A DNA stretch of 19,413 bases from positions 1-19,413 of the IMG/VR virus record IMGVR_UViG_2703718769_000016; one strand, written 5' to 3'. Positions 7,863-15,407 of this stretch are shown here, piece by piece (the first letter of the stretch is position 1; each line of letters begins with the position of its first letter). Position numbers and translations under genes: made by a program. This DNA comes from a virus (Duplodnaviria > Heunggongvirae > Uroviricota > Caudoviricetes). Under the pieces are notes generated by a model. The model was not told the origin of the DNA. It worked only from the letters and a program-made list of their open reading frames with translations, and ran no database searches.

Positions 7863-8873
7863 ATGGCCGCATTACCATACATGCAACTTTACATAGCTGA
7901 TTACCTGGCGGACACCATGCATTTGTCCGCAGAGGAGCACGGTGCGTATTTGTTGCTGATGTTCAATTACTGGCAAACAGGGAAGCCAATACCCAAAAAC
8001 AGACTGGCAAAAATCGCCCGTCTGACTAACGAGCGATGGGCTGATGTTGAACCATCCTTGCGGGAGTTTTTTTGCGATAACGGCGACGAATGGGTGCATC
8101 TTCGGGTTGAGGAAGATCTGGTATCAGTCAGGGAAAAATTAACCAAAAAATCAGCCGCCGGAAAAGCATCTGTTCAAGCCAGAAGAAGCAGAAAGGAAGC
8201 ATATGTTCAAACAAAACAAGAGAGAGATTTAACAGGTGTTCAAACAAATGTTGGTGTTGTGTTTGAACATGACGCAAACACAAAAGCAACTAATAAAGAT
8301 ACAGATCTAAAAGAATTAAACCCCACACATAACGCGCGCATGCGCGAGAGTGCTCCAACCGGTGAGTCGAATGGTGCGTCGTTGCAGACAGCCGAACCTG
8401 AATACCTGGACGGCCTGAGCGAACCGATCGGGAAATTTTCGATGACCACTGTCTGGCAGCCGTCGCCGGATTTTCGACAACGGGCAGCAGTGTGGGGTAT
8501 GGCTCTGCCTGAGCCGGAATTTACACCTGCTGAGCTTGCTGCATTCCGGGATTACTGGATGGCGGAGGGGAAGGTTTTCACGCAGGTTCAGTGGGAGCAG
8601 AAATTTGCCCGCCACGTGCAGCACGTCAGGGCACAGGTAAAACCAGTCAGCAAGGGGGTAAGCCATGCAGCATCAGGTGGCACGGCATCACGGGCAGTTC
8701 AGAAAATCCGGGCAGCACGAGAACAGTGGGAACGTGAAAACGGATTTATCAGCAACGGAAACGGCCTGGAAGCTGTGGGAACTTATGGGGGAGGTTTATT
8801 CAAACCGCTGGACTCAGAAGAACGGGGCCGCACCTTCGAAGCTCTGGATTGCCCAGATTGGCGCGATGACTGA
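7863..8873 (+). CDS. Replication initiation protein, DUF1376 (YdaU-like) N-domain with DnaT-like C-terminal region
   Basis: SD AAGGTGAGG then ATG at 7863; N-terminus MAALPYMQLYIADYLADTMHLSAEEHGAYLLLMFNYW typical of DUF1376; central low-complexity linker whose DNA carries iteron-like repeats. Confidence 0.7.
   Translation: MAALPYMQLYIADYLADTMHLSAEEHGAYLLLMFNYWQTGKPIPKNRLAKIARLTNERWADVEPSLREFFCDNGDEWVHLRVEEDLVSVREKLTKKSAAGKASVQARRSRKEAYVQTKQERDLTGVQTNVGVVFEHDANTKATNKDTDLKELNPTHNARMRESAPTGESNGASLQTAEPEYLDGLSEPIGKFSMTTVWQPSPDFRQRAAVWGMALPEPEFTPAELAAFRDYWMAEGKVFTQVQWEQKFARHVQHVRAQVKPVSKGVSHAASGGTASRAVQKIRAAREQWERENGFISNGNGLEAVGTYGGGLFKPLDSEERGRTFEALDCPDWRDD
8170..8275. repeat. Iteron-like repeats (TGTTCAAAC core), candidate replication origin inside the initiator gene
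   Basis: tgttcaagc at 8172, tgttcaaacaaa at 8204 and 8238 (direct, 32-34 bp spacing), inverted copy tgtttgaaca at 8262; flanked by an A-rich stretch. Confidence 0.35.
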
Positions 8874-9327
8874 ACAGCAAATCCGGCTGGTCTGCCGTCA
8901 GTGCATGGACCGCTGCCGGGCGGGTGAAACGTGGCCCCCGGACCTGGCTGAGTTTGTTGCGCTGATTTCGGAGAGTGGGGCAAATCCATTTGGTCTTACG
9001 GTGGATGCCGTGATGGAGGAGTACCGTCGCTGGCGCAATGAATCCTGGCGGTACGACGGGAGTGATAAATACCCGTGGCCACAGCCTGTGCTGTACCACA
9101 TTTGCCTCGAGATGCGTTCAAAGGGGATTGAGCGCCAGATGACCGAAGGGGAGTTAAAACGGCTTGTGGAAAGGCAGCTGACGAAATGGGCAAAGCATGT
9201 TGGTAATGGCCTCAGTGTTCCGCCAGTCCGGCGACAACTGGCAGCACCCAAACGCCCGCCAGGGCCAACGCCAATTGAATTGCTGAAACAGGAATATGAG
9301 CGCCGGAAGGCGGCCGGTTTTGTCTGA
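8665..9327 (+). CDS. Lambda P-like replication protein (helicase loader family); start uncertain
   Basis: C-terminal two-thirds aligns by eye to lambda P ([14 protein letters not shown] / PFLPSPGQFVAWC; YPWPQP / YPWKSN). Strong SD AAGGGGG before ATG 8665 but that start overlaps the upstream gene by 208 nt; alternatives are ATG 8785 and ATG 8866 (ATGACTGA overlap with the upstream stop). Confidence 0.6.
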   Translation: MQHQVARHHGQFRKSGQHENSGNVKTDLSATETAWKLWELMGEVYSNRWTQKNGAAPSKLWIAQIGAMTEQQIRLVCRQCMDRCRAGETWPPDLAEFVALISESGANPFGLTVDAVMEEYRRWRNESWRYDGSDKYPWPQPVLYHICLEMRSKGIERQMTEGELKRLVERQLTKWAKHVGNGLSVPPVRRQLAAPKRPPGPTPIELLKQEYERRKAAGFV

Positions 9328-9361
9328 GTTGAGAAGTAATTTTTACCGGGAGGAAAATTTA

Positions 9362-10075
9362 ATGGAAACCGTATTTGACGCACTGAAAGCACTGAAAAAA
9401 GCCTCGTCGCACGAGATTGCAGCCCGTCTTGAAATCAGCCGTGACGATGCTGTCAACGAGCTGTGGAAGCTGAAACGCCGTGGTGAAGCTGATAACAAGG
9501 GGTCGATGTGGTGGCTGACGAGTGAGGCAACTGAAATGGCCACAAAAACCACTGCGGAGATGCTGATTAACGCAATTGAACAGCATGGTCCTCAGTCGGC
9601 TGACGAACTGGCGTTAATGTTCGGGATTACCTCCCGCCGGGCGAATTCAACGCTGGCAATGGCAATAAGCAAAGGTCGTCTGATTCGAGTAAATCAGAAC
9701 GGTAAATTTCGTTACTGCCTGCCGGGCGATAATTTACCAGCAGAGCCGAAAGCTGCATCGGTAACGGAAACTGCTGGTAAAGCCTTTCCTCAGCCAGCAG
9801 GTGTTGCGTTACCAGTCCGGGAAGCGGAAACACAGGAAGAAATTAAAACTGAAAGTGTGGCGGTCACAGTGCAGTCACAGCCGTCGTTCACCAGAAAGCA
9901 TCCGGATAGTCTGATTTTACCATCGCTGCATGTGGCTAACCGCGAACTGCGCCGGGCAAAAGGTCAGGTTCAGAAGTGGGAGCGAGTCTGTGCTGCGCTG
10001 CGTGAGCTGAACAAGCACCAGGATATTGTTCGACAGATTACTGATTCATCCTGTTGTGTTGCATCAGACAAGTGA
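9362..10075 (+). CDS. Hypothetical protein with two winged-helix-like segments
   Basis: SD GGGAGGAAAA before ATG 9362; 237 aa; wHTH-like stretches ([23 protein letters not shown] and [29 protein letters not shown]). Confidence 0.6.
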   Translation: METVFDALKALKKASSHEIAARLEISRDDAVNELWKLKRRGEADNKGSMWWLTSEATEMATKTTAEMLINAIEQHGPQSADELALMFGITSRRANSTLAMAISKGRLIRVNQNGKFRYCLPGDNLPAEPKAASVTETAGKAFPQPAGVALPVREAETQEEIKTESVAVTVQSQPSFTRKHPDSLILPSLHVANRELRRAKGQVQKWERVCAALRELNKHQDIVRQITDSSCCVASDK

Positions 10076-10090
10076 TTGCAGGGGACGCTG

Positions 10091-10594
10091 ATGGCAAGAG
10101 TATTTACACCAGAAGAGCGGGAAAAAATTAAGGGGCAGGTTGTTGAACTCGTACGCCAGAGCGGTCGCGAGACGTTACGGCAACTGGAAGCTAAAACAGG
10201 TGCAACAAGATATCTGGTGATCGTTCTCGCCAGAGAGCTGGTTGCCAGTGGTGATGTATACAACTCTGGCTACGGGTTATTTCCGTCTGAACAGGCTCGT
10301 AAAGACTGGCAAAACGCCCGCAAAAAACTTTCAAGGGAAAAGGCGAAGAAACCGGCTGTGGTTGATCCGGACCTTATCTGGTCATTACCAGACGGAGAAA
10401 TACGCCGCTACGACAGGCGCCTGAACATAATCTGTCGCGAGTGCCGGAATAGTGAAGTTATGCAGCTAGTGCTGGCGTTTTATCAGGGGGTGGGGTCAGG
10501 AGGTGGTGCTGTGAGTGAAATTAGCTATCAGGCTTCAATTTCCGCTGGCATTCGCATCAAAGGAGAGGAGCATGGAAATAAAACCAGAAGATGA
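10091..10594 (+). CDS. Hypothetical prophage protein
   Basis: 167-aa ORF; ATG 10091 follows GGGGA; ORF track start at 10076 is a TTG; same strand and tight spacing with neighbours. Confidence 0.5.
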   Translation: MARVFTPEEREKIKGQVVELVRQSGRETLRQLEAKTGATRYLVIVLARELVASGDVYNSGYGLFPSEQARKDWQNARKKLSREKAKKPAVVDPDLIWSLPDGEIRRYDRRLNIICRECRNSEVMQLVLAFYQGVGSGGGAVSEISYQASISAGIRIKGEEHGNKTRR

Positions 10595-10928
10595 GTTAAG
10601 TAATATTGTTTTATTTCCGGTAAAAGAGGATGACCCACGTAATCAGGTTAATTTTCTTTATGAGCCATCGGAAAGACCATATTGTCATCACGCCTCTGTC
10701 CGGGTTGACGAAAAAGAGCGTCAGGTCCGCTGTAAAATCTGCGGTGCAGTTGTGGAGCCATTTGACTGGATGCCCTCTGTGGCGAAAAGAGAAACCAGAC
10801 TGGCAGATGATGTAAGGCTCTTGCGCCAGGAGGAACGGGAAAGGCGGAGAAATGTAGAAAAGCTAATTCAGATTGAGCGTAACGCGAAAGCGCGGATACG
10901 CAGGGCGGCAAAATCAAGAACTGAATAA
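10572..10928 (+). CDS. Hypothetical protein with zinc-finger-like motif (C/H-x...CxxC)
   Basis: SD AAAGGAGAGGAG before ATG 10572; PYCHHASVRVDEKERQVRCKICGAV motif; basic coiled-coil-like C-terminus. Confidence 0.5.
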   Translation: MEIKPEDELSNIVLFPVKEDDPRNQVNFLYEPSERPYCHHASVRVDEKERQVRCKICGAVVEPFDWMPSVAKRETRLADDVRLLRQEERERRRNVEKLIQIERNAKARIRRAAKSRTE

Positions 10929-11021
10929 TTAAATTTAGCACTGTTAAAAATTTAATCCTTAACCGGAGGGATTTCTGCACCCTCAGAACATCAGGAGGCC
11001 GTTCGAAATGGCGGTAGTGAA

Positions 11022-11204
11022 ATGCGAAAATTCAAAATAATTATTGAAACGGGAATAGCTGGTGGAGATTTTGAGGATGTATTCGAAGTAGATGATGACG
11101 CAACACCTGATGAAATTCATGACGAAGCAAAAGAAATTTTCTTTAACTACTGCAATTACTCATACCACGAAATAAAAGATGAAGAGGAAGGACAAAATGG
11201 CTGA
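11022..11204 (+). CDS. Small acidic hypothetical protein (60 aa)
   Basis: ORF with acidic composition; stop overlaps the next ATG (ATGGCTGA). Confidence 0.4.
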   Translation: MRKFKIIIETGIAGGDFEDVFEVDDDATPDEIHDEAKEIFFNYCNYSYHEIKDEEEGQNG

Positions 11205-11373
11205 TTTTGGTTCAACTAAATATAACGCCAGTTTTGAAGAATGGCATGAACTGTTAATGGATTATGCAGAGTTACGCGGTGGAAGTGCCGCTGATGCTGA
11301 AGCATGGCGTGATGATTATGAAGCAGGGAAAACTCCGGTCGAAGCATATTGTGATGAGTGGGGCGATGAATGA
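11197..11373 (+). CDS. Small acidic hypothetical protein (58 aa)
   Basis: SD GAGGAAGGA before ATG 11197; coupled to neighbours at both ends. Confidence 0.45.
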   Translation: MADFGSTKYNASFEEWHELLMDYAELRGGSAADAEAWRDDYEAGKTPVEAYCDEWGDE

Positions 11374-11729
11374 GCGAGATTAATTATCAGGAAGGGCATG
11401 AAAAGGCAGGGCAGGCAAAACCAGTGGCATGGCGATATCGCTACGTGAAAAAAGGCGTTACAGACTTTCAGGGGAAGCAGTGGGCTGGTGACTGGAAATA
11501 TGTCCAGACAAAAGAAGATTGTAACGACAGACCGAACTATGAAATTCAGGCGTTATTCACGGCACCGCCAGCCCCGGTGACATCAGAAGGACTAGTTAAA
11601 GCCGTGTGCTTTTATGAACAGGTAAAGCGTGAGAATCCACCAGTCGAAACAGGTGCATGGAAAGATGCTGTTGACTGGGTACTCAAAGAGGCTTGCCAGG
11701 CTGTAAGCATTAGCAACAAAGGGGGGTGA
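11370..11729 (+). CDS. Hypothetical prophage protein (119 aa)
   Basis: ATG overlaps the upstream stop (ATGA); plausible globular composition. Confidence 0.55.
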   Translation: MSEINYQEGHEKAGQAKPVAWRYRYVKKGVTDFQGKQWAGDWKYVQTKEDCNDRPNYEIQALFTAPPAPVTSEGLVKAVCFYEQVKRENPPVETGAWKDAVDWVLKEACQAVSISNKGG

Positions 11730-11732
11730 GTA

Positions 11733-11909
11733 ATGCGTGTGGCATGTATCAGTTTGTTACCGTACCCGACTCGTTTTTTGGCTTCTGCGCTAATTGCAAA
11801 GCCGCGTGTCCTGATGGATGACAGCATCATCCCGACACCAAAGCGCCGCCATACCGGTATTGCAGCGGCACGACGAGCAGCAAAGAAACGCAGGAGAGCA
11901 AAACGATGA
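11733..11909 (+). CDS. Small basic protein (58 aa), not in the ORF track
   Basis: Strong SD AGGGGGGTGAG before ATG 11733; C-terminal KRRHTGIAAARRAAKKRRRAKR; stop overlaps the next ATG. Confidence 0.3.
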   Translation: MRVACISLLPYPTRFLASALIAKPRVLMDDSIIPTPKRRHTGIAAARRAAKKRRRAKR

Positions 11910-12100
11910 AAAACCGTAAAGCAAAAATTCTGTTAGCTCGCAGAAACGGTGTTGGTGTCTGGCGGTGGGTGAGGATTAGTAACAGACGGGTGAGGTTGAC
12001 GGGGTGTTGCGGTGTTATGGGGCACAGTTGTTGCAAAAAGCCCAGCGCGGCGCAAAACCGCTGGAAAAACCACTGTTATCTGCGCACTAAAGGAGAGTGA
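11906..12100 (+). CDS. Questionable small ORF (64 aa) over a G/T-rich repeat region
   Basis: SD AGGAGAG before ATG 11906 and exact stop-start abutment with neighbours, but W/R/C-rich translation and GGGTGAGG repeats suggest it may be non-coding. Confidence 0.2.
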   Translation: MKNRKAKILLARRNGVGVWRWVRISNRRVRLTGCCGVMGHSCCKKPSAAQNRWKNHCYLRTKGE

Positions 12101-12101
12101 G

Positions 12102-12617
12102 ATGGCGTTAACACACCGCGAACTCTGTCAGATTGCGTACAAGTTCCTTAAGCGCAACGGGTTCAAGGTTTGCTTTCATGACCGCTTTATAGCTGTAACC
12201 AGTACCGGAGAACAGCCAGATGCTATGGGATTCAGAAATTCAGCATCATGCCTGATAGAGGCGAAGTGTTCTCGTGCTGACTTGTTGGCAGATAGAAAAA
12301 AGCGTTTCCGTAAAAATCCCTCTCTTGGCATGGGCGACTGGAGATTCTTTATTAGTGAGCCGGGAATTATTTCAATTGAGGATTTACCACCTGGCTGGGG
12401 ATTACTTCACGTTGTTAACGGAAGAGTACGGAAAGTACATGGGTGGCCCAAGGGTAATTGCTGTTGGGGTAATCCTGACGATAAGCCATTTACTGGAAAT
12501 AAGCAGGTTGAATGCGATTACATGTTGTCTGCATTAAGGCGCATGGAGTTGAGAGGGCACCTTAATGAAATATATGACGGTGTAATTGTTAATAAGAAAG
12601 AAGGAAACGCGGCATGA
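12102..12617 (+). CDS. Putative PD-(D/E)XK-fold nuclease-like protein (MmcB-like)
   Basis: SD AAAGGAGAG before ATG 12102; motif pattern D...(IEAK) consistent with a PD-(D/E)XK core (PDAMGF...[12 protein letters not shown]); 171 aa. Confidence 0.45.
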   Translation: MALTHRELCQIAYKFLKRNGFKVCFHDRFIAVTSTGEQPDAMGFRNSASCLIEAKCSRADLLADRKKRFRKNPSLGMGDWRFFISEPGIISIEDLPPGWGLLHVVNGRVRKVHGWPKGNCCWGNPDDKPFTGNKQVECDYMLSALRRMELRGHLNEIYDGVIVNKKEGNAA

Positions 12618-12958
12618 CGACTTTTACCAGAGAGCAGTTAATAGCTCACGCAGAGGAGACTATTGAAGCACAGAGACTGTGCATACCGGGCACAATCGAC
12701 AATGACATCATCCGCACATATAAGATGGATATTGCTGTTCTGGAAATCGCACTGGCATCGCTGGCAGCAGAGCCAGCCGGTAAATTGCATGAATACAAAC
12801 CAGTGGGACATCAGCGTCTGGTCGACGAGTTAACCATGCTGGTAAAGCAGTTAACCTGGCAACTGAGGAAAACGAAGCCGGACTGTAAATTGCCGGGTAA
12901 GGCGATGGACTACCTGAAGCGAAACGGACTGATAAGTGCAGAGGATGTTTTACGATGA
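12614..12958 (+). CDS. Hypothetical prophage protein (114 aa)
   Basis: ATG overlaps the upstream stop (ATGA); helical composition. Confidence 0.55.
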   Translation: MTTFTREQLIAHAEETIEAQRLCIPGTIDNDIIRTYKMDIAVLEIALASLAAEPAGKLHEYKPVGHQRLVDELTMLVKQLTWQLRKTKPDCKLPGKAMDYLKRNGLISAEDVLR

Positions 12959-13038
12959 CCTGGCATGGGGCATTCACAACGGTAGGGATTGCAATGGCGG
13001 TGGTGCTGATTGTGTATTCGATTTGTCGCTGGGGGTAA
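12955..13038 (+). CDS. Putative 27-aa hydrophobic peptide ([27 protein letters not shown])
   Basis: ATG overlaps the stop of the preceding gene (ATGA); single predicted transmembrane helix; too short for the ORF track. Confidence 0.3.
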   Translation: MTWHGAFTTVGIAMAVVLIVYSICRWG

Positions 13039-13149
13039 AAACGATTTGCGGGGAAAGGATAGTTAAGTAGAATTGCTGCGGGTGCTTGAGGCTATCTGTC
13101 TCAGGCATGAACACCAAAAGGCAGATAGAGAAAAGCCCCAGTTAACATT

Positions 13150-13215
13150 ACGCGTCCGGCAAGACGCTTAACATTAATCTGAGGCCATATCTATGCTCTA
13201 CACACGTAGGTTAGC
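13150..13215 (-). ncRNA. Predicted Sok-like antisense RNA of the hok locus (approximate position)
   Basis: Inferred from hok-family organisation; candidate minus-strand promoter (TTGCCT then 17 nt then TAACCT) would place a transcript antisense to the upstream in-frame ATG and SD at 13181-13195. Confidence 0.25.
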
Positions 13216-13249
13216 CTCTTACGTGCCGAAAGGCAAGGAGAAGCAGGCT

Positions 13250-13405
13250 ATGAAGCAGCAAAAGGCGATGCTAATCGCCCTGATCGTCATCTGTTTAACC
13301 GTCATTGTGACGGCACTGGTAACGAGGAAAGACCTCTGCGAGGTACGAATCCGAACCGGCCAGACGGAGGTCGCTGTCTTCACAGTCTACGAACCTGAGG
13401 AGTAA
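13250..13405 (+). CDS. hok: Hok/Gef-family type I toxin (51 aa membrane peptide)
   Basis: MKQQKAMLIALIVICLTVIVTALVTRKDLCEVRIRTGQTEVAVFTVYEPEE: hydrophobic TM helix plus conserved RKxLCE...EVA motif of the Hok family; SD AAGGAG; an in-frame upstream ATG at 13193 with its own SD (mok-like leader); structured 3' region with fold-back hairpin and terminator. Confidence 0.8.
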   Translation: MKQQKAMLIALIVICLTVIVTALVTRKDLCEVRIRTGQTEVAVFTVYEPEE

Positions 13406-13475
13406 GAGACCAGGCGGGGGAGAAATCTCCCGCCACCTCTGATGTGTCAGGCATCCTCAACGCACCCGCACTTAA

Positions 13476-13495
13476 CCCGCTTCGGCGGGTTTTTG
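13476..13495 (+). terminator. Rho-independent terminator of the hok transcript
   Basis: CCCGC-TTCG-GCGGG followed by TTTTT; preceded by hairpin GGCGGGGGAGA-AAT-CTCCCGCC at about 13414-13434. Confidence 0.6.
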
Positions 13496-13506
13496 CATTA
13501 GTCTGG

Positions 13507-13545
13507 TTGACAAAAACAGGAAAATGCGAAAATATAAGGTTTACG
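13507..13545 (+). promoter_or_regulatory. Candidate sigma70 promoter for the two-gene insert
   Basis: Perfect -35 TTGACA at 13507-13512; A/T-rich -10 candidates (AAATAT / TATAAG) 17-20 nt downstream; lies between the hok terminator and the 13571 ATG. Confidence 0.35.
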
Positions 13546-13570
13546 AATTCTAAAAAAAGCGAAACTTGAA

Positions 13571-14221
13571 ATGAATGAAAATCAGTTAGCTCCTTGTTGG
13601 GAATTTCAACCTTATCTTGCTGAAAGCAATGTTCGCCAGTTGTTGGCGGAGATCGCTAACGTACTTGAGCAGTTGTACTATCATAAGCACGTATTAGACA
13701 GCAACTGGTCTGAAGGTGTAAGGGCTTATGATTGGGTCAGAAACCATCTTATTCAAAATGAAGGCGCAATTCCTGGTCTTAAGATGATTTCCAAGGGGTT
13801 GGACTATGTAGTTGCTTTAAATAAAGTTCCGCTACAATTTACCAAAGATTGCATTAATAACCCCAAAAAGAAACATCGCCTGCGTCGAAATAAAGTAGAG
13901 CATGAGCAGCTTTCATTGTTTGGTGATGTTGAGGCTGAGCAAGATATTACATGGCGAGTCATAGCGGAGCCATTTTTATCCGAAGAGGGAGATGGTGAAT
14001 TAGAGTCCACACTGCCTCGTTGGGAGGTGGCTCTTGTTGGGTTTAATATCTATGGTGCTCAGATTAGTATGGTTTCTCATCAATCTACAGCATCAATGCC
14101 ACTTATGCCCCTTGACGGTAACACACTCCCTGGCGAAGCGGAGATTAATAAGGTGTCTCTTCGTCGGCGTACGAAGGATAAAATTTTGGATGTGAGCAGT
14201 AATGGAACATCAGGTGAATAA
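13571..14221 (+). CDS. Hypothetical 216-aa protein, candidate toxin/effector partner of the HTH-M78 peptidase
   Basis: Long ORF in a low-GC insert; no motif recognised by eye; 3' end overlaps the start of the downstream HTH/peptidase gene by 20 nt (operon). Confidence 0.6.
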   Translation: MNENQLAPCWEFQPYLAESNVRQLLAEIANVLEQLYYHKHVLDSNWSEGVRAYDWVRNHLIQNEGAIPGLKMISKGLDYVVALNKVPLQFTKDCINNPKKKHRLRRNKVEHEQLSLFGDVEAEQDITWRVIAEPFLSEEGDGELESTLPRWEVALVGFNIYGAQISMVSHQSTASMPLMPLDGNTLPGEAEINKVSLRRRTKDKILDVSSNGTSGE

Positions 14222-15305
14222 CTTCACTGAGTATCGAGGCGATAAGCTCAAACTAGCAAGAATGGCTATTGGGCTTTCATGTGAAGAGTTGGCCGAAAAA
14301 ATTGGCAAAACAAAACAATTCGTTAGCAAATTGGAGAAGGGATTTAGGCCATCAGAGCAATGCCTGGAGTTAATAGCCTCAGCTCTTATGATTAAGCCCG
14401 ATTTTCTATTTACTGAGCGAAAATATGCTCTGGAAAGCGATGTTTGCCATTTTCGGAGTAAGAAGTCCAGGACTCAAACGCTGACTAATAGTGTCTTGGC
14501 TAGGGCTGAGATTCTTAATATTATAATTTCTGCTGTTGAAGGTGAAATCGAATTCCCTGATGTCAACATACCAGAGCACCCAGGAACTGAATTACTTACC
14601 CCGAATGATATTGAGCGAGTGGCAGAAGATTGTCGCCGTGCATGGAATCTAGGTCTTGGCCCTATATCATCAATGGTGAAATTGGCGGAGAGTTTGGGGG
14701 TAATCGTTGCGCATGTTACGGGAGTCGATGATCGTGTTGATGCATTCACTGTTCACAATAACAGGCCTGTTATTATCAGGAACAATGTAAAAAAAAGCAT
14801 ATGTAGATTTCGCTCTGATTTAGGTCATGAGTTAGGGCATTTAGTAATGCATGAGGGCATAACTACTGGTGATAAACTTACGGAATCACAAGCTGATCAC
14901 TTTTCTAGCGCCTTATTGGTTCCTAGGCTATCTTTCATTAAAGAATTTCCACGAATACGAGGTAAGCAATTCGATTGGAGTGCTCTGGTTGAATTTAAGC
15001 TTAGATGGAAAATTAGCCTTAAAATGTGTATTTATCGAGCCAGTGCATTAGGACTATTGACCCAGGAACAGGCAAGAACTGGCTATATGCATCTTAATTC
15101 TAGAGGGTACACGAGAGTTGAACCAGGTGATGAACTTTTGCGCCACGAAGAACCAAGTATGCTGTCCGAAGCGATTGACATGCTGGATGATGCAACTTGG
15201 TTAAGAATTCTTATGAAAACTGGCTTGAGTCAAGATTTAATTCGTGAGTTGTTCTCCATCAATCGACCTATTACAAATCCAAGAAATATTTTTCAGATTG
15301 TTTGA
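14202..15305 (+). CDS. Xre-family HTH fused to ImmA/IrrE-type (M78, COG2856) zinc metallopeptidase
   Basis: N-terminal HTH (LKLARMAIGLSCEELAEKIGKTKQFVSKLEKG); HEXXH zinc-binding motif HELGHLVMHE about 140 residues later; 367 aa, typical for HTH-COG2856 fusions. Confidence 0.85.
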   Translation: MEHQVNNFTEYRGDKLKLARMAIGLSCEELAEKIGKTKQFVSKLEKGFRPSEQCLELIASALMIKPDFLFTERKYALESDVCHFRSKKSRTQTLTNSVLARAEILNIIISAVEGEIEFPDVNIPEHPGTELLTPNDIERVAEDCRRAWNLGLGPISSMVKLAESLGVIVAHVTGVDDRVDAFTVHNNRPVIIRNNVKKSICRFRSDLGHELGHLVMHEGITTGDKLTESQADHFSSALLVPRLSFIKEFPRIRGKQFDWSALVEFKLRWKISLKMCIYRASALGLLTQEQARTGYMHLNSRGYTRVEPGDELLRHEEPSMLSEAIDMLDDATWLRILMKTGLSQDLIRELFSINRPITNPRNIFQIV

Positions 15306-15310
15306 GCATA

Positions 15311-15335
15311 CCCGCTACGGCGGGTTTTGTTTTTT
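15311..15335 (+). terminator. Rho-independent terminator after the HTH-M78 gene
   Basis: CCCGC-TAC-GGCGGG followed by TTTTGTTTTTT, 6 nt after the stop; near-identical core to the hok terminator. Confidence 0.65.
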
Positions 15336-15407
15336 CCGGGCTTTTTGGTTTACAATCCGCACGCCAGCCTGAACAACTGGCACCTGCTGCGCCAGCAGAG
15401 AAAAACG

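Noticed and set aside
8783-9392. Minus-strand ORFs of 65-164 aa overlapping the P-like gene (for example 8898..9392)
   Set aside because: Antisense to a gene with recognisable family similarity; proline/arginine-rich translations without SD.
11008-11040. 10-codon upstream ORF (MAVVKCENSK) with a strong AGGAGG SD overlapping the start of the 11022 gene
   Set aside because: Too short to evaluate; it may simply mean the SD serves the 11022 start or a leader peptide. Noted but not called.
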